Both the position numbers and the translations under genes were made by a program. DNA of 64,000 bases from a virus: positions 3,788 to 67,787 of the IMG/VR virus record IMGVR_UViG_3300022745_000032; one strand, given 5' to 3'. The notes under the pieces were generated by a model. It searched no databases. It was not told the origin of the DNA and was given only the letters and a program-made list of their open reading frames with translations. Positions 11,169 through 21,028 of this stretch are shown here, piece after piece; the stretch's first letter is position 1, and each line of letters opens with the position of its first letter.

Positions 11169-11461
11169 TAGGTCGTAACGGTCTGGATGGGATGACCTCC
11201 CTCATCGAGAATGGGGTTGCAGTTCTCGTCCCTGAGGGTGGAGAGGACGCTGAATTTGGGCGTGGCATTGTGGTCGTAGCGCATGACAAACGAGGTGTCA
11301 TTGCACGACGGAACCGGCAGCTCGACCACTTCACAGGTCAGCTTTACTCGGTAGGGCGAGCATTGGCCCTGATCGGGATGGACGGGCTCCTCAAACGTAC
11401 CGCAAACGATCTGGGTATTGGTTGTGGAGCACCCGCAGCGGGTGGTGGGGAGGTAGGCCAT
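11168..11461 (-). CDS. Hypothetical Cys-rich protein
   Basis: Coupled ORF in the late operon. Confidence 0.5.
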   Translation of the reverse strand: MAYLPTTRCGCSTTNTQIVCGTFEEPVHPDQGQCSPYRVKLTCEVVELPVPSCNDTSFVMRYDHNATPKFSVLSTLRDENCNPILDEGGHPIQTVTT

Positions 11462-11466
11462 AGTAA

Positions 11467-11787
11467 TTATTCATCTCCCGACTCCTCCATCTTGTCCTTG
11501 GCAATCTTGTCCATGGCGCCCTCAAGGCCATCACCCTCCTCCTCGTCGTGGCAGTCGCAGGAGACCTCGCGGATCTCGATGGTGGCGGACACCCGCTCGC
11601 CATCCTCCGTCTCCTCCTCGGTGATGCGCTTGATCACGCCCTTGAGCATGACCTCGTCACCCACCGCACCATCAATGGCCTCGATGTTGTCGATGAAGAC
11701 GGTGGGGTAGTACTTCTTGTCCTTGCCTGCGACTTTCGACGCAGCAATGTCATTGGAGGGGGTCTGGCCGATGTCGGTGAATTCCAT
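11467..11787 (-). CDS. Hypothetical acidic protein
   Basis: Fits the operon; D/E-rich. Confidence 0.55.
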   Translation of the reverse strand: MEFTDIGQTPSNDIAASKVAGKDKKYYPTVFIDNIEAIDGAVGDEVMLKGVIKRITEEETEDGERVSATIEIREVSCDCHDEEEGDGLEGAMDKIAKDKMEESGDE

Positions 11788-11801
11788 TTGGGTTGGTTGG
11801 G

Positions 11802-12107
11802 TTACTTGTTGAGATTATCAAGCTTGCGCTCAATGGAGTCAAGCGAGGACCGGATCGCCCTTACGTCCGTCTTGAGCACCGCCACATCGGTCTTCATGTC
11901 GGCGATTCGTTCCATTTCGGCTGTTTCGTGGTTGTGGAGGCGGTTTTCATCCACCGCAGCGGACTTCTTGACCTCAAGCAGGTCAGCAACGCTTCTCTCC
12001 ACCGCCCCCTGCAGCTTGACGTAGCCCGCAATGAAGCCGACGACCACAAGGGCCCAGGATACGATGTTACCGATTGAGATTTCGCTATTTACCTTCGGGG
12101 GTGACAT
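11802..12107 (-). CDS. Single-TM coiled-coil protein (possible lysis/holin-like)
   Basis: ISIGNIVSWALVVVGFIAGY hydrophobic helix followed by a coiled coil. Confidence 0.5.
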   Translation of the reverse strand: MSPPKVNSEISIGNIVSWALVVVGFIAGYVKLQGAVERSVADLLEVKKSAAVDENRLHNHETAEMERIADMKTDVAVLKTDVRAIRSSLDSIERKLDNLNK

Positions 12108-12855
12108 GGTGACGATGATTTGAGTAGCCGAGGGCTCCAGCCACCAACGCAAAAGCGAAGGCTAGGCCGATGCCCGAGTAGATGATCCAAGGATGGGCCT
12201 CCAGGGCCCTTTCTATGGCGTTTACGGCGATTCCGGTGGCGATTAGGGTGATCCCACCACCCATGGTGGCAAAAGCCATCCTTGGGCCTAAAAAGGGGTA
12301 CTGCGAGCCAGCCACCAGCATGACCACACCAGCCGCCAGCGCCAACGCTCCAAGGCCGATGGTTGAGAGCATGATCCAACGCTTCCTTTCCTTTGCGGCT
12401 TCATCTTGGATTTCTTTGATTTTGGCTGCCATTTCCGCCTTGGCCCTCTCCTTTTCGGCGGCTACCTGCTGCTCAAGGGATTGGATGCGGGCATTAAGGG
12501 CTTCTGCATCCCCCCTTGCCTTGGCCCATCCAGTCAATGCCTCGTTAAGCTTTCCATTAAGGGCAGAATTGACCAGCTTGATGGCCTCAAGGCGATCCGA
12601 TTCAGTGGCCGGTCCGGCAAGCTTTCTAACCACCGAATTGGACTCGAATACTGCGGTCTTGGCCGGTCCATCGGGATTATGGGAGTTGGCCAACTCGGTT
12701 GCCTCCGCCGAGGCGCTAATCCTGCTTAACCTAGCATCCGACGCCTCCCCCAGCTTGGGGGCCGATGGGAGGTTGGTCGGAGCGGGCTGGGACGGTCCAT
12801 GACAGGCCGACGGCACAAGGCTCATCAGCGCTGCCATGAACACGAATGTCCTCAT
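12085..12855 (-). CDS. Signal/lipoprotein-like coiled-coil membrane protein (possible spanin)
   Basis: N-terminal signal ending PSAC, coiled coil, three C-terminal TM helices. Confidence 0.5.
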   Translation of the reverse strand: MRTFVFMAALMSLVPSACHGPSQPAPTNLPSAPKLGEASDARLSRISASAEATELANSHNPDGPAKTAVFESNSVVRKLAGPATESDRLEAIKLVNSALNGKLNEALTGWAKARGDAEALNARIQSLEQQVAAEKERAKAEMAAKIKEIQDEAAKERKRWIMLSTIGLGALALAAGVVMLVAGSQYPFLGPRMAFATMGGGITLIATGIAVNAIERALEAHPWIIYSGIGLAFAFALVAGALGYSNHRHHVTPEGK

Positions 12856-12858
12856 CGA

Positions 12859-13290
12859 TTACTCAACATCCTCAACCTTAAGGATACCGGCAATTTCCAT
12901 TTGGCGCAGGAAGCCGATGGAAAGAGGGTTGTTATCGCCAAGATCGGAGATCTCAAGCGGCTTGATGGCCTCAACATTCGAGTCCTGATCCAGCAGATCG
13001 GAGAGATCCCTCTGGAAGGATTCGAATGCCGGGGTGTTGGGCTTGATTGCAATCCCGAGGGACTTGCGATTGGGCTCACCAGCAGGGAGGTCGAACGCCT
13101 CCTCCCCATACTTGCGAATGAGCGCATCGCGCTCCTTGTCGAAGAATTCGGCATCACCCTGGATCTTGCGCAGAATGGTGGAAACCTTCAACCGGGTACG
13201 GAACGGAAGGAACGAATCCTTCTCATCTCGCTTAACCAGCTCATTGAGAACAAGCTGGGCCTGAACGATTTTATCGAGTTTTAGTGCCAT
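12859..13290 (-). CDS. Hypothetical phage protein (DUF1617-like)
   Basis: LPFRTRLKVS...FFDKERDALIRKYGE pattern common beside fibre genes. Confidence 0.5.
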   Translation of the reverse strand: MALKLDKIVQAQLVLNELVKRDEKDSFLPFRTRLKVSTILRKIQGDAEFFDKERDALIRKYGEEAFDLPAGEPNRKSLGIAIKPNTPAFESFQRDLSDLLDQDSNVEAIKPLEISDLGDNNPLSIGFLRQMEIAGILKVEDVE

Positions 13291-13341
13291 AGGAGTATCT
13301 GGAAGGAAATTGGATCAGCCGCTTTAGAGGAGTCAAGCTTT

Positions 13342-13842
13342 TCAGAAAACCGACAGGATGATGGTCTTGGGATCAACCTTGATCTCGCTTCCATTTTGGG
13401 GCTCAACGAACACGGGGCCCTTTTCGGTTATGAAGACCACGACTGCATGGCATGACTTGGGGCCGTCAATGAACCATACGGTCCCCATGGCCAAGGATTG
13501 GGCCTTGGTGTTGGACTGGAAGGTTGAGATGAAGTAGTCGGTCTGGGTCTTGGCGACAAAGTAGGAGGCGAAGTGGTTGCAGTCGAAGCGGCTATCCCAA
13601 TGGGCCACACCGTCCTTGAATAGGGCGGATTTGTACTTCTCGTAGAGGGCCGGGATTGCTGCGCTTGAGACTACCGCATATGATTCATCCCCCCAATAGG
13701 TTTGACCACCGGCATAGACCGCCAACTTGGGCAGTACCTCGCCGGTGGTTGGTTTTATCTCATTGCGCGGCGAGCAAGCCGCCAAGATCAAGATTACCAG
13801 CCCTATTGGGCCGCAACCAAGCCAAGATTGGCGAGCACGCAT
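13342..13842 (-). CDS. Lipoprotein with papain/transglutaminase-like Cys-His-Glu motif
   Basis: Lipobox LAAC; FDCNHFA...HAVVVF...VEPQ. Start codon uncertain. Confidence 0.55.
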   Translation of the reverse strand: MRARQSWLGCGPIGLVILILAACSPRNEIKPTTGEVLPKLAVYAGGQTYWGDESYAVVSSAAIPALYEKYKSALFKDGVAHWDSRFDCNHFASYFVAKTQTDYFISTFQSNTKAQSLAMGTVWFIDGPKSCHAVVVFITEKGPVFVEPQNGSEIKVDPKTIILSVF

Positions 13843-14081
13843 GACTCGATGTACGGCTGGTCGGACTGGTTGGTCCAGTTGGCCCACTGGTCGGGCGTCA
13901 TGGCTACGGAGCCGCTGGCGACCGTGGTTTCGGTCTTGGCATCGTCGTTGGCCACCTTGTAGAGGGCGTAGTTGAAGGTCGGAGTGCCGCCAAGGGCGTT
14001 GCTCCAAGTGTCCGAGATGAAGAGCCGCGAGGCCGCAGGCGGGAAGTCAGGATTGGTCGGGGTAAGGATGTCAATTTTCAT
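13803..14081 (-). CDS. Small fibre-associated hypothetical protein
   Basis: Follows the fibre gene; MTPDQWANW...YIESCVLANLGL. Confidence 0.55.
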   Translation of the reverse strand: MKIDILTPTNPDFPPAASRLFISDTWSNALGGTPTFNYALYKVANDDAKTETTVASGSVAMTPDQWANWTNQSDQPYIESCVLANLGLVAAQ

Positions 14082-14090
14082 GGAGGAGGA

Positions 14091-15761
14091 TTAGGCTGCG
14101 GCGATGGTAGTGACGGTGCCCGAGGAGCCACGGTACTTGAGCGCACCTGACTCGACGTAGAGCTGGCCAACACCAGCCGGAGACGATGAGGGGGCGGTTC
14201 CGTTGGCCATGACGATCACCTTGGCACCCGAGGTGCCTGCGTCTGTGGTGGTGCCCAGCAGCAAATTGGCGTTGCCCGTGAGCGACATCAGGCGATCATT
14301 TCCGTAGAAGCCCCAAGTCAAGGCATTGGAAGTAGACCCGCTCGACGAGTAGTAGAAGGCATCGTAGCCGCTGTTGTTGGTGGAGCGTCCAACACCAACC
14401 ATACGGAGCACGAGATGCCCAGTGGTTAGATTCGTGGCTTCAAAGTATGACGCCCAGACATACGCACTGTCGGTTGTGCCATAGATCGAAAGGATACCCG
14501 GTCCACCAGTCGTCGAAAAAGCGGAAGTGATGGTGACCCGACCCGTACCGAGACTCGCGATGTCGAGATTCTGATTGGGGGACGTGCCCGACGCAGAGAT
14601 CGTGGGGCCGTTGGTACCGTCGCCGATTTTGAGGCCCGTCGGCCCGAAGAACCCTTGATACCAGCGCAGGGCTGAAGTCCCCACCGTTTTTCCGCTGGTG
14701 TTATCCGCAGATGGGGAAAGCGTCGTAGTTACTGCAAGTGAACCCGGCGCTGTAATGGCACTCGGAAGACTCAGCGTGATCGCGCCGGTAGTAACGTCGG
14801 TGCTGATCTGGTTGGCCGTTCCGGTGACAGACGTGACGCCACCACCACCTGCAACCGTGGCCCACGAGGAAGTCGTGCCGTTCGTGGTCAGGTACTTCCC
14901 GCTATTACCCGTCTGCGACGGAAGACCGGCGTCAGCATTGACCGTGATCGTGTTGACCGTGCGGGTGAGTCCGGTCGAGAACGTGAGCGGGACCTCGTAC
15001 GCACTCGAAGCGGTGTAGGCAGCGGAACCGAGCGTGCCACCCACCCCAATCGCCAGCGTAGCACCGTCCGTCGCAGTGAATGTGACCGTATTGCTCGCGG
15101 TCAGCGTCTTGCCATTGGCGATCGTCAGCGTGCTGCCCGTGGCAGGCTGGGTGATCGTAACCTTGTTGAAGCTGGTAAGGCCGTAGATCGAAAGAGGGAG
15201 GCTAAGCGTAATTGCACCAGTGGAGGCGCTGGCGGTGATTTGGTTGGCGGTTCCTGTAACAGACGTGACGCCGCCGGATGGGGTGGCCCAAGTGCCGTCC
15301 CCGCGCCAGAAGGTGGTAGAGCTTGCTCCCGTTCCGCTATTGAGGTTGTTGACCGAAAGGTTGCCCGTGACACCCGTGGAAAGAGGGAGGCCTGTAGCGT
15401 TGGTTAAAACGACACTGGCGGGGGTTCCAAGGGCGGGTGTAACCAACGATGGGGAGTTGAACGTACCACCACTCAAGGTCTTTCCCGTGAGGGTAATTGA
15501 GGTCGGAAGCGACAGGGTGATGGAGCCCGTGTTGGCCGAAGCTGAAATTTCATTTGCCGTACCGTAAACGGCGGTTGCTCCAATGTTGGTGACCGTGACT
15601 GCGCCCGTGGCTGCAGAGACCGAGATGCCTGCACCGGCCAGCAGGGAGGTAACACCACCACCGCCTCCACCCCCATCAACAATCAGGGCCGTATTGGTGG
15701 CAATGCGCTTGAGCAGTTCGGGCTCGTTATCGTTCCATTCCGGGTAAACGCCAGTGGCCAT
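14091..15761 (-). CDS. Head/tail fibre protein
   Basis: Thr/Ser/Gly-rich; repeats [12 protein letters not shown]...TGAITLSLP and [10 protein letters not shown]; C-terminal [20 protein letters not shown]. Confidence 0.7.
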   Translation of the reverse strand: MATGVYPEWNDNEPELLKRIATNTALIVDGGGGGGGVTSLLAGAGISVSAATGAVTVTNIGATAVYGTANEISASANTGSITLSLPTSITLTGKTLSGGTFNSPSLVTPALGTPASVVLTNATGLPLSTGVTGNLSVNNLNSGTGASSTTFWRGDGTWATPSGGVTSVTGTANQITASASTGAITLSLPLSIYGLTSFNKVTITQPATGSTLTIANGKTLTASNTVTFTATDGATLAIGVGGTLGSAAYTASSAYEVPLTFSTGLTRTVNTITVNADAGLPSQTGNSGKYLTTNGTTSSWATVAGGGGVTSVTGTANQISTDVTTGAITLSLPSAITAPGSLAVTTTLSPSADNTSGKTVGTSALRWYQGFFGPTGLKIGDGTNGPTISASGTSPNQNLDIASLGTGRVTITSAFSTTGGPGILSIYGTTDSAYVWASYFEATNLTTGHLVLRMVGVGRSTNNSGYDAFYYSSSGSTSNALTWGFYGNDRLMSLTGNANLLLGTTTDAGTSGAKVIVMANGTAPSSSPAGVGQLYVESGALKYRGSSGTVTTIAAA

Positions 15762-15789
15762 TTTGTTGGTGGGTTTTCAGCTAGGGCTT

Positions 15790-15978
15790 TTAGGGATTCT
15801 CGACAATCTTGGCAGAGTAGTAGGCGGACTTCCTTTGGAGGTCCTTGGAATCATCGTTCCAGCTTGGCGGATTGAGGCCGCTTACGCCCTTGGTGATCGC
15901 AACATCGTAGAGATTCGAGGCGATGCGCAGCCAGAAATCGCGCTTGTTGTCGTTCCACTGGGGGTAGTTACCAGCCAT
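15790..15978 (-). CDS. Small capsid-associated protein with two PxWND repeats
   Basis: YPQWNDN...RIASN and PPSWNDD...RKSA; similar to the N-terminus of the next gene. Confidence 0.6.
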   Translation of the reverse strand: MAGNYPQWNDNKRDFWLRIASNLYDVAITKGVSGLNPPSWNDDSKDLQRKSAYYSAKIVENP

Positions 15979-15996
15979 GATGTTCAGTATGGGCTC

Positions 15997-16024
15997 TAAA
16001 GAGCCCCCAAGTTACTGGGGGCTC
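15997..16024 (-). terminator. Hairpin downstream of the major capsid gene (probable terminator/attenuator)
   Basis: GAGCCCCCA-loop-TGGGGGCTC followed by a short TTT. Confidence 0.55.
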
Positions 16025-16052
16025 GAAGAACTCACATTAAACTGGCCAACCC

Positions 16053-17285
16053 TTAGAGGGTCGCGTCAGTAATGGCGGCACACGTTGCGAAGCCAAAATC
16101 GAGGGCACACCTCTTATAGAGCACGGGCACGACGCCATGGGGCCTACGAGCCTGGAAGGCGCGGACCACCTGGTAGATGTGGTACCCGAAGTCACCCCAC
16201 GGATTGCAGACGTTATCGCGGATGTTCACCCAATCAAGCTCACCCATGATGAACTGGGGCTGGAACTTGAAGGAAGCCTCACCGACATAACGCTCCGGAA
16301 CGAGACGACGGAACGTACCCTTGGAGACTAGGAAGCCGACCTCGTACTTGGCCTCCACCCAATCCGGATTCGTCACATTCGAGACGCCGGAGGTGGTGGC
16401 GGTACGGACGAGGGGCTCGATCAGGACCGGGAAGCCGTTGCTGTCAACGGTGTTGAAGCGCAGCGGCTGCTGGTCGATCGCCAGCTTGATCTGGCGGTAC
16501 GGATAGTCGATGAAGGCATACTTCATCAGCTCGTCCTTGGCATCCTTGAAGGAGCCCTTGGCGAAGGCGAGCATCTCCGTGTTGACGTTGCTCTGGTTGC
16601 GCAGGGCTTCGATCTGGTCGCTGGAGGCGATGAAGACGAAGTACTGGCCGGAGCCGTCGCCGAAGAACTCAGGCGAGAGGTTGTCTCGCATGTAGTTAGA
16701 CAGCGCCACAAGGAACTTGTGGGTGACCGCCGTGGTGGGGAGACCGCCAAGGAAATTGACGTTCACTTGGTTGTAGCCACCCGTTAGGATCTGGCCGAGG
16801 CTCGTCGCACCAACCTTCAGCACCGCCTTGACGCCGGAGAGGGTCAGGAGCTGGTTGCGGATGTCGGCGGAGAAGACCGTCTTGATCGCATCCTTGAGGT
16901 TGGCCTCAGCGATACGATACGAGTCAAGCACCGCAAAGCGGGCCTGATTAAGGCAGATCGTAGGACCCTTGCCACGGAGAGTCTCCAGGTGGGTCGTAAA
17001 GACCGTCTGGCCGAACTCGGCGGCGTTGCCGACCGTACCGCAGGAGTCGATGGTAGCACCGAAGACCGGGGCGGTCAGGCTCTGGTTGGTCACAAGACGC
17101 TCGGTCACGATGGTCTTGATCTGCTCGCCCATGTTGTTCGGGGTGGTGCCACCGTCAACGAGGTTCGAGTAGGGGTCGTTAAGGGCAATGAAGCGGATAA
17201 GCTCATTGCGCAGGGCGGAGACCTGCGAAAGGATGCCCGACGAATAATCGGAGGGCGTCAGGGTACAAGTAGCGGGAAGGGCCAT
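16053..17285 (-). CDS. Major capsid protein
   Basis: 410 aa, strongly biased codons, long leader and terminator, downstream of portal/scaffold. Confidence 0.8.
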   Translation of the reverse strand: MALPATCTLTPSDYSSGILSQVSALRNELIRFIALNDPYSNLVDGGTTPNNMGEQIKTIVTERLVTNQSLTAPVFGATIDSCGTVGNAAEFGQTVFTTHLETLRGKGPTICLNQARFAVLDSYRIAEANLKDAIKTVFSADIRNQLLTLSGVKAVLKVGATSLGQILTGGYNQVNVNFLGGLPTTAVTHKFLVALSNYMRDNLSPEFFGDGSGQYFVFIASSDQIEALRNQSNVNTEMLAFAKGSFKDAKDELMKYAFIDYPYRQIKLAIDQQPLRFNTVDSNGFPVLIEPLVRTATTSGVSNVTNPDWVEAKYEVGFLVSKGTFRRLVPERYVGEASFKFQPQFIMGELDWVNIRDNVCNPWGDFGYHIYQVVRAFQARRPHGVVPVLYKRCALDFGFATCAAITDATL

Positions 17286-17494
17286 TTTGGTAGCTGTTGA
17301 CCTAACTTAGGTGGCTTCCAATGGCGGAATTGCCGAAGGACTAAACGCCACCGATGAAGAATGCAGGATTGGAGCCTGCTCATTCCCCGGCGATGGGATC
17401 GTTTTTAACGCCTTCGGACTTTCCTCGCAGGGCTGCGGAAATCGAGGAGGTCCTTGTCGCAGCGAGCGGACCCTCTAACACTAAGGCCCTTATG

Positions 17495-18283
17495 TCAAGC
17501 CAGTAATTTGCTGCGAACGCAGTCGATGCCCGCAGTACCCTTGATTCCGTGGAGCCATGAGGGCTTGAGTTCTTGGCCGGAAAGGGGGTTGTCGGGGTGG
17601 GTGTGCTTCCTTGGGGCAAAGAGATGGTTGCAGCCGAGAAGGGGGTTGTCGGGGGTGTTTAGGCGGTAATCGGAGTAGATTAGCCTTGAGGGGTGGGCGA
17701 AAGGCCTGATCCTGCTCCAGAAGTGCATATCCCATCCCCACATGGGAACCTCACCATCAGCTAGTTCAGGAATCTCATGGACCAACTTTGGGTGGAAGAT
17801 GAGGTTGCCGTTCATGTGGGAGGAGGGCGGATTGCCATCCCTTGAGCCGTCCCAGTGGCCCGAAGCGAGCTTTCCAGAGGCGACGAACTCATCCAGGATG
17901 TCGTCTGCCCATGAAAGTGTGAGGGGGACGCAGTCAGCCTCCATCAGCAGGGCTCCTGCGTAGGGGAAGTTACCATCATCGTAGAGCTTCCTTACGTCCA
18001 TGAAGGCATCCATGGCTTGGGCGTTGGGGCCATAGGGCCAGCCAGAGCGTTGGCGGCGGCTCCTCATCCCTCCCACGTTAAAGGCCTTTTCTAAGGCTTT
18101 TAAGGCCGTCAATTCCCTGATGTTGGTATCATACCGTGGGTATAGGAGAAAATCGATTCTAGGGGCATAGGATTGCGCCAAATCAGCCATTAGGTTCATC
18201 AGCCCATTCATCTGGGCAAGATCGGCGTGCCAGAACTGCAAAACGCCCAAAAGGCGGGGCTTATTTTCTTGTGGCGCGTGCAT
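17495..18283 (-). CDS. Putative glycosyltransferase (GT-A-like)
   Basis: GWPYGPN...LLMEADCVPL...HMNGN...GWD...LHGIK. Confidence 0.6.
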   Translation of the reverse strand: MHAPQENKPRLLGVLQFWHADLAQMNGLMNLMADLAQSYAPRIDFLLYPRYDTNIRELTALKALEKAFNVGGMRSRRQRSGWPYGPNAQAMDAFMDVRKLYDDGNFPYAGALLMEADCVPLTLSWADDILDEFVASGKLASGHWDGSRDGNPPSSHMNGNLIFHPKLVHEIPELADGEVPMWGWDMHFWSRIRPFAHPSRLIYSDYRLNTPDNPLLGCNHLFAPRKHTHPDNPLSGQELKPSWLHGIKGTAGIDCVRSKLLA

Positions 18284-19025
18284 GATGATCAACCCATGGC
18301 AGGAAGTCCTTGAGCCTGCAAGGCCAGAGGGTATTGGCCTGAAGGCGCTTCCAGTGCTCGACCGCATTGGTGTAGCCGTAAAACTTCTCCTTGTAGGCTA
18401 CTTGAGCCTCACTATGCCAGCTGAAGTGGTCGAAGACGAGGTCGTGCTGGCGGGTAATGTGCTTAGGCATCATGTTGCCCATGTTGAGATTAAGCACTGG
18501 TGGCTCATGCTTGTTCCAGCGCATCCGAGTGTTGAAGCGCCAAGCCCTCACCCACTCATAGTCGTTGTTTCCGTAGCAGTTCTCGCCAACCGTAACCACA
18601 TCAGGACCAACGTAATAATTGCAGTATAACTGCATCCTGGCTACGTCTGGGTGAACCTCGAAGAGCTGCACGATCTTGGTCAGCTGCTCAGCCGTCCATA
18701 CCTCGTCGCAATCAAGTTGGACAAGTACGCCATCGGACTTGAATGCCGAGGTGCCTGCATTGACCATCTGGGTCTTGTTGTCCCAGAATGGGCTTTGGAT
18801 GACGGAGACATTAGGCAGGGAGGATAGCTCTTTTAGGTATTCGGTTGTTCCGTCGGTACTTAGGGACGGAGTAAGGCTGCGACACCAGGACGTATCCCTT
18901 GTGTTGCCTGCCTGCCCCTCCACAATACTCCACCTCCACGGAATCCTAAGCTCTTGGAATACTGGTAGATGCCTCTGGATGTAGGGCATCCCATTGAGGA
19001 CGATGGTGAGGATGTTGAGGGTCAT
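18261..19025 (-). CDS. Glycosyltransferase family 2-like
   Basis: TIVLNGMPYI...IVEG...STDGTTEYL...QLDCDEVW (DxD). Confidence 0.8.
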   Translation of the reverse strand: MTLNILTIVLNGMPYIQRHLPVFQELRIPWRWSIVEGQAGNTRDTSWCRSLTPSLSTDGTTEYLKELSSLPNVSVIQSPFWDNKTQMVNAGTSAFKSDGVLVQLDCDEVWTAEQLTKIVQLFEVHPDVARMQLYCNYYVGPDVVTVGENCYGNNDYEWVRAWRFNTRMRWNKHEPPVLNLNMGNMMPKHITRQHDLVFDHFSWHSEAQVAYKEKFYGYTNAVEHWKRLQANTLWPCRLKDFLPWVDHHARATRK

Positions 19026-19696
19026 GCCGAAAGCAGGTTCTTACCACTCAACTCCCGTAGCTCATCCGGGGTCAGTTTCTGGGCATAGAATACGGGATCG
19101 CTAAAATTGATCGGCCTTTCCCGGTCATAACCGAAGGAGAGTCGGCGGATTCGTGCTGTGCCTAAGGCGTCCTCCAACTTCTGGAACTTGGTCTCGGGTA
19201 GGTTGGCGGGATCGCCATCGGGGCCCATTGCTAGGTAACGGGAGACAAACTCCGGGATGAAGCGATGCCGGATTAGGAAGAGGCTTTGACCGCAGGCCAT
19301 GAAGGGAGGGGAGGTCATCTTCCTGCCAAACACCATATCCCCATCGCCAAGGTCCTTGTAGACTTGGGATACCCATGGTCCAAAGGCCAAGGCGTCCTGC
19401 TCAAGGTAGAGTAAATCTGCCTCGCCAGAGTAGGCGATCATGGCCAGCGCAATGACTCCAGCCGACCATCCGCAGAAGTCATGGGGCTTGGACTTGTTGA
19501 GCAGATCGCCAACATGGCCAAGGTTACCCGGTACGCAGATCCTATTGACGTCAATTGGACCGTTGGGATTTGCGCCAACCTCAAGCTTGACCACGGCATT
19601 GGGCCTTCCGGTTAGATTGGATAGGTTATGCTGCCTCCAGATTCGCTCCCACTCCCTGCTGACGTTGAACCGTCCAGTACCAAGGATGTAGTTCAT
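19022..19696 (-). CDS. Putative glycosyltransferase-like protein
   Basis: DLLYLEQDALAFG DxD-like motif; island context. Confidence 0.5.
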   Translation of the reverse strand: MNYILGTGRFNVSREWERIWRQHNLSNLTGRPNAVVKLEVGANPNGPIDVNRICVPGNLGHVGDLLNKSKPHDFCGWSAGVIALAMIAYSGEADLLYLEQDALAFGPWVSQVYKDLGDGDMVFGRKMTSPPFMACGQSLFLIRHRFIPEFVSRYLAMGPDGDPANLPETKFQKLEDALGTARIRRLSFGYDRERPINFSDPVFYAQKLTPDELRELSGKNLLSA

Positions 19697-20133
19697 TTGG
19701 TGGCCTCCATTCTGAGGGTTTCTGCGGAATCGAGAGCTTCCCCGATTTGCCGGTGATGGCCATCAATCTCCTTTCTGCCCGTCCTCTCGATAGAGGAGAA
19801 GCCAGCGGCCTCAAGCATAAGCCGAAGGGACTCCTCCGCATACACCATCAGGTGTCCGTGGTTGCAGATAATGTCGCAACGTTTATTGAGATCCAGTCGA
19901 GCGAGTTCTGGGACGCAGATCCTGAAGACCCCACCTGGCTTGAGGATGCGCCTGACTTCGCACATAAAGCGGAAGCCTTGGGGGCCGGTCGTGTGCTCGA
20001 CGACGTGCTCGGCAAGCACTTGCTCCACTGAGTTGTCGGGGAATTTGAGGGGCTTGGTGATGTCATGGTCTGGGTACTCGGTGTTCATCCAGCCCTGAAG
20101 CTGGTTTCCGCCTGATCCAAATTGAACCTTCAT
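19693..20133 (-). CDS. Class I SAM-dependent methyltransferase
   Basis: VQFGSGG...EHVVEH...EVRRILKPGGVFRICVP. Confidence 0.85.
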   Translation of the reverse strand: MKVQFGSGGNQLQGWMNTEYPDHDITKPLKFPDNSVEQVLAEHVVEHTTGPQGFRFMCEVRRILKPGGVFRICVPELARLDLNKRCDIICNHGHLMVYAEESLRLMLEAAGFSSIERTGRKEIDGHHRQIGEALDSAETLRMEATK

Positions 20134-20354
20134 GACTGCTTGAAGGGAAGGCTCCACTGGTCTCGGAGGGCGAGGCAGGCCGTGTAAACGGCATCTTTTC
20201 GGTCATGGGATGTATTGCCCTCTGCCAGGGTCATACCATCCGTGAAGCAGCACTTCCAGCCATTGGGGCCGCTCTCCATTGAGCACCCGAAGCCCATGGT
20301 CCTTGCGGCGGACATGATATGGGCGCAGAATTCCTCCTTGTGGTCTTGGCTCAT
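20130..20354 (-). CDS. Hypothetical protein
   Basis: ATGA-coupled small ORF. Confidence 0.5.
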   Translation of the reverse strand: MSQDHKEEFCAHIMSAARTMGFGCSMESGPNGWKCCFTDGMTLAEGNTSHDRKDAVYTACLALRDQWSLPFKQS

Positions 20355-21028
20355 AGTCTGAGGGAGGGCATGTTGCTCCTGCACCACTCTCTTGCAAGCT
20401 TCATGTTGTGGAGGTTGGCGGGATAGGAGAACTCATTGGCCCCAGCCCATCCGCTATCATGCTTCTCATGGATAGCGTAGCGGTGTTCGGTATCTGAGGG
20501 GTAGAGGTCGGCGCTCATATTGCCGACCGTGGAGTTAATCCCATGGAGCTTGCGAATGAGGGCGGCTAGTACGATGTCGAAGCAGGGGGCCCCGAGGATG
20601 AAGTCGGGAATGGAGTCCAGATTGGCCTTAAGCCATTTCGAGGTGAAGGCGAACAGTTCCCTGCCCATATGGATCTCGCTCGATCCGGGCTCGCTGCGCC
20701 TCATGCTGATAGCCCCATGCAGCCTCACCTCAGAAGCGGCCCATAGGACAGCCTGAGGGTCTATCTGGACGTCATCGTTGGTCCAGATGATGACATCGTC
20801 ATCCTTGTCAGACATACCGAGGGCGGCTGTTAGCAGGTCCTTGAGGTAGGGAAGCGGACGGCTCTCCCCAATGTCCATTGCCGTGCGCGGAGCTGGATTG
20901 GCTGGATCATCCGTGATGTACTCCAGCACCCATGCCCCGGCATTGGCCAGCTTCTCACGGGACTCGCCCGCTCGCTTGTGGCGGTCGGTGGCTAAGTGGG
21001 AGGCATAGACGATGAAGATGACCTTCAT
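20351..21028 (-). CDS. Putative glycosyltransferase (GT-A-like)
   Basis: VIIWTNDDV...GRELFAF...GAPCFD...HEKH. Confidence 0.6.
   Translation of the reverse strand: MKVIFIVYASHLATDRHKRAGESREKLANAGAWVLEYITDDPANPAPRTAMDIGESRPLPYLKDLLTAALGMSDKDDDVIIWTNDDVQIDPQAVLWAASEVRLHGAISMRRSEPGSSEIHMGRELFAFTSKWLKANLDSIPDFILGAPCFDIVLAALIRKLHGINSTVGNMSADLYPSDTEHRYAIHEKHDSGWAGANEFSYPANLHNMKLAREWCRSNMPSLRL

Noticed and set aside
17414-17426. GAGGAAAGTCCG on the minus strand resembles the RNase P RNA 5' signature
   Set aside because: No matching 3' P4 motif, and the region is too short for RNase P RNA; treated as capsid leader.
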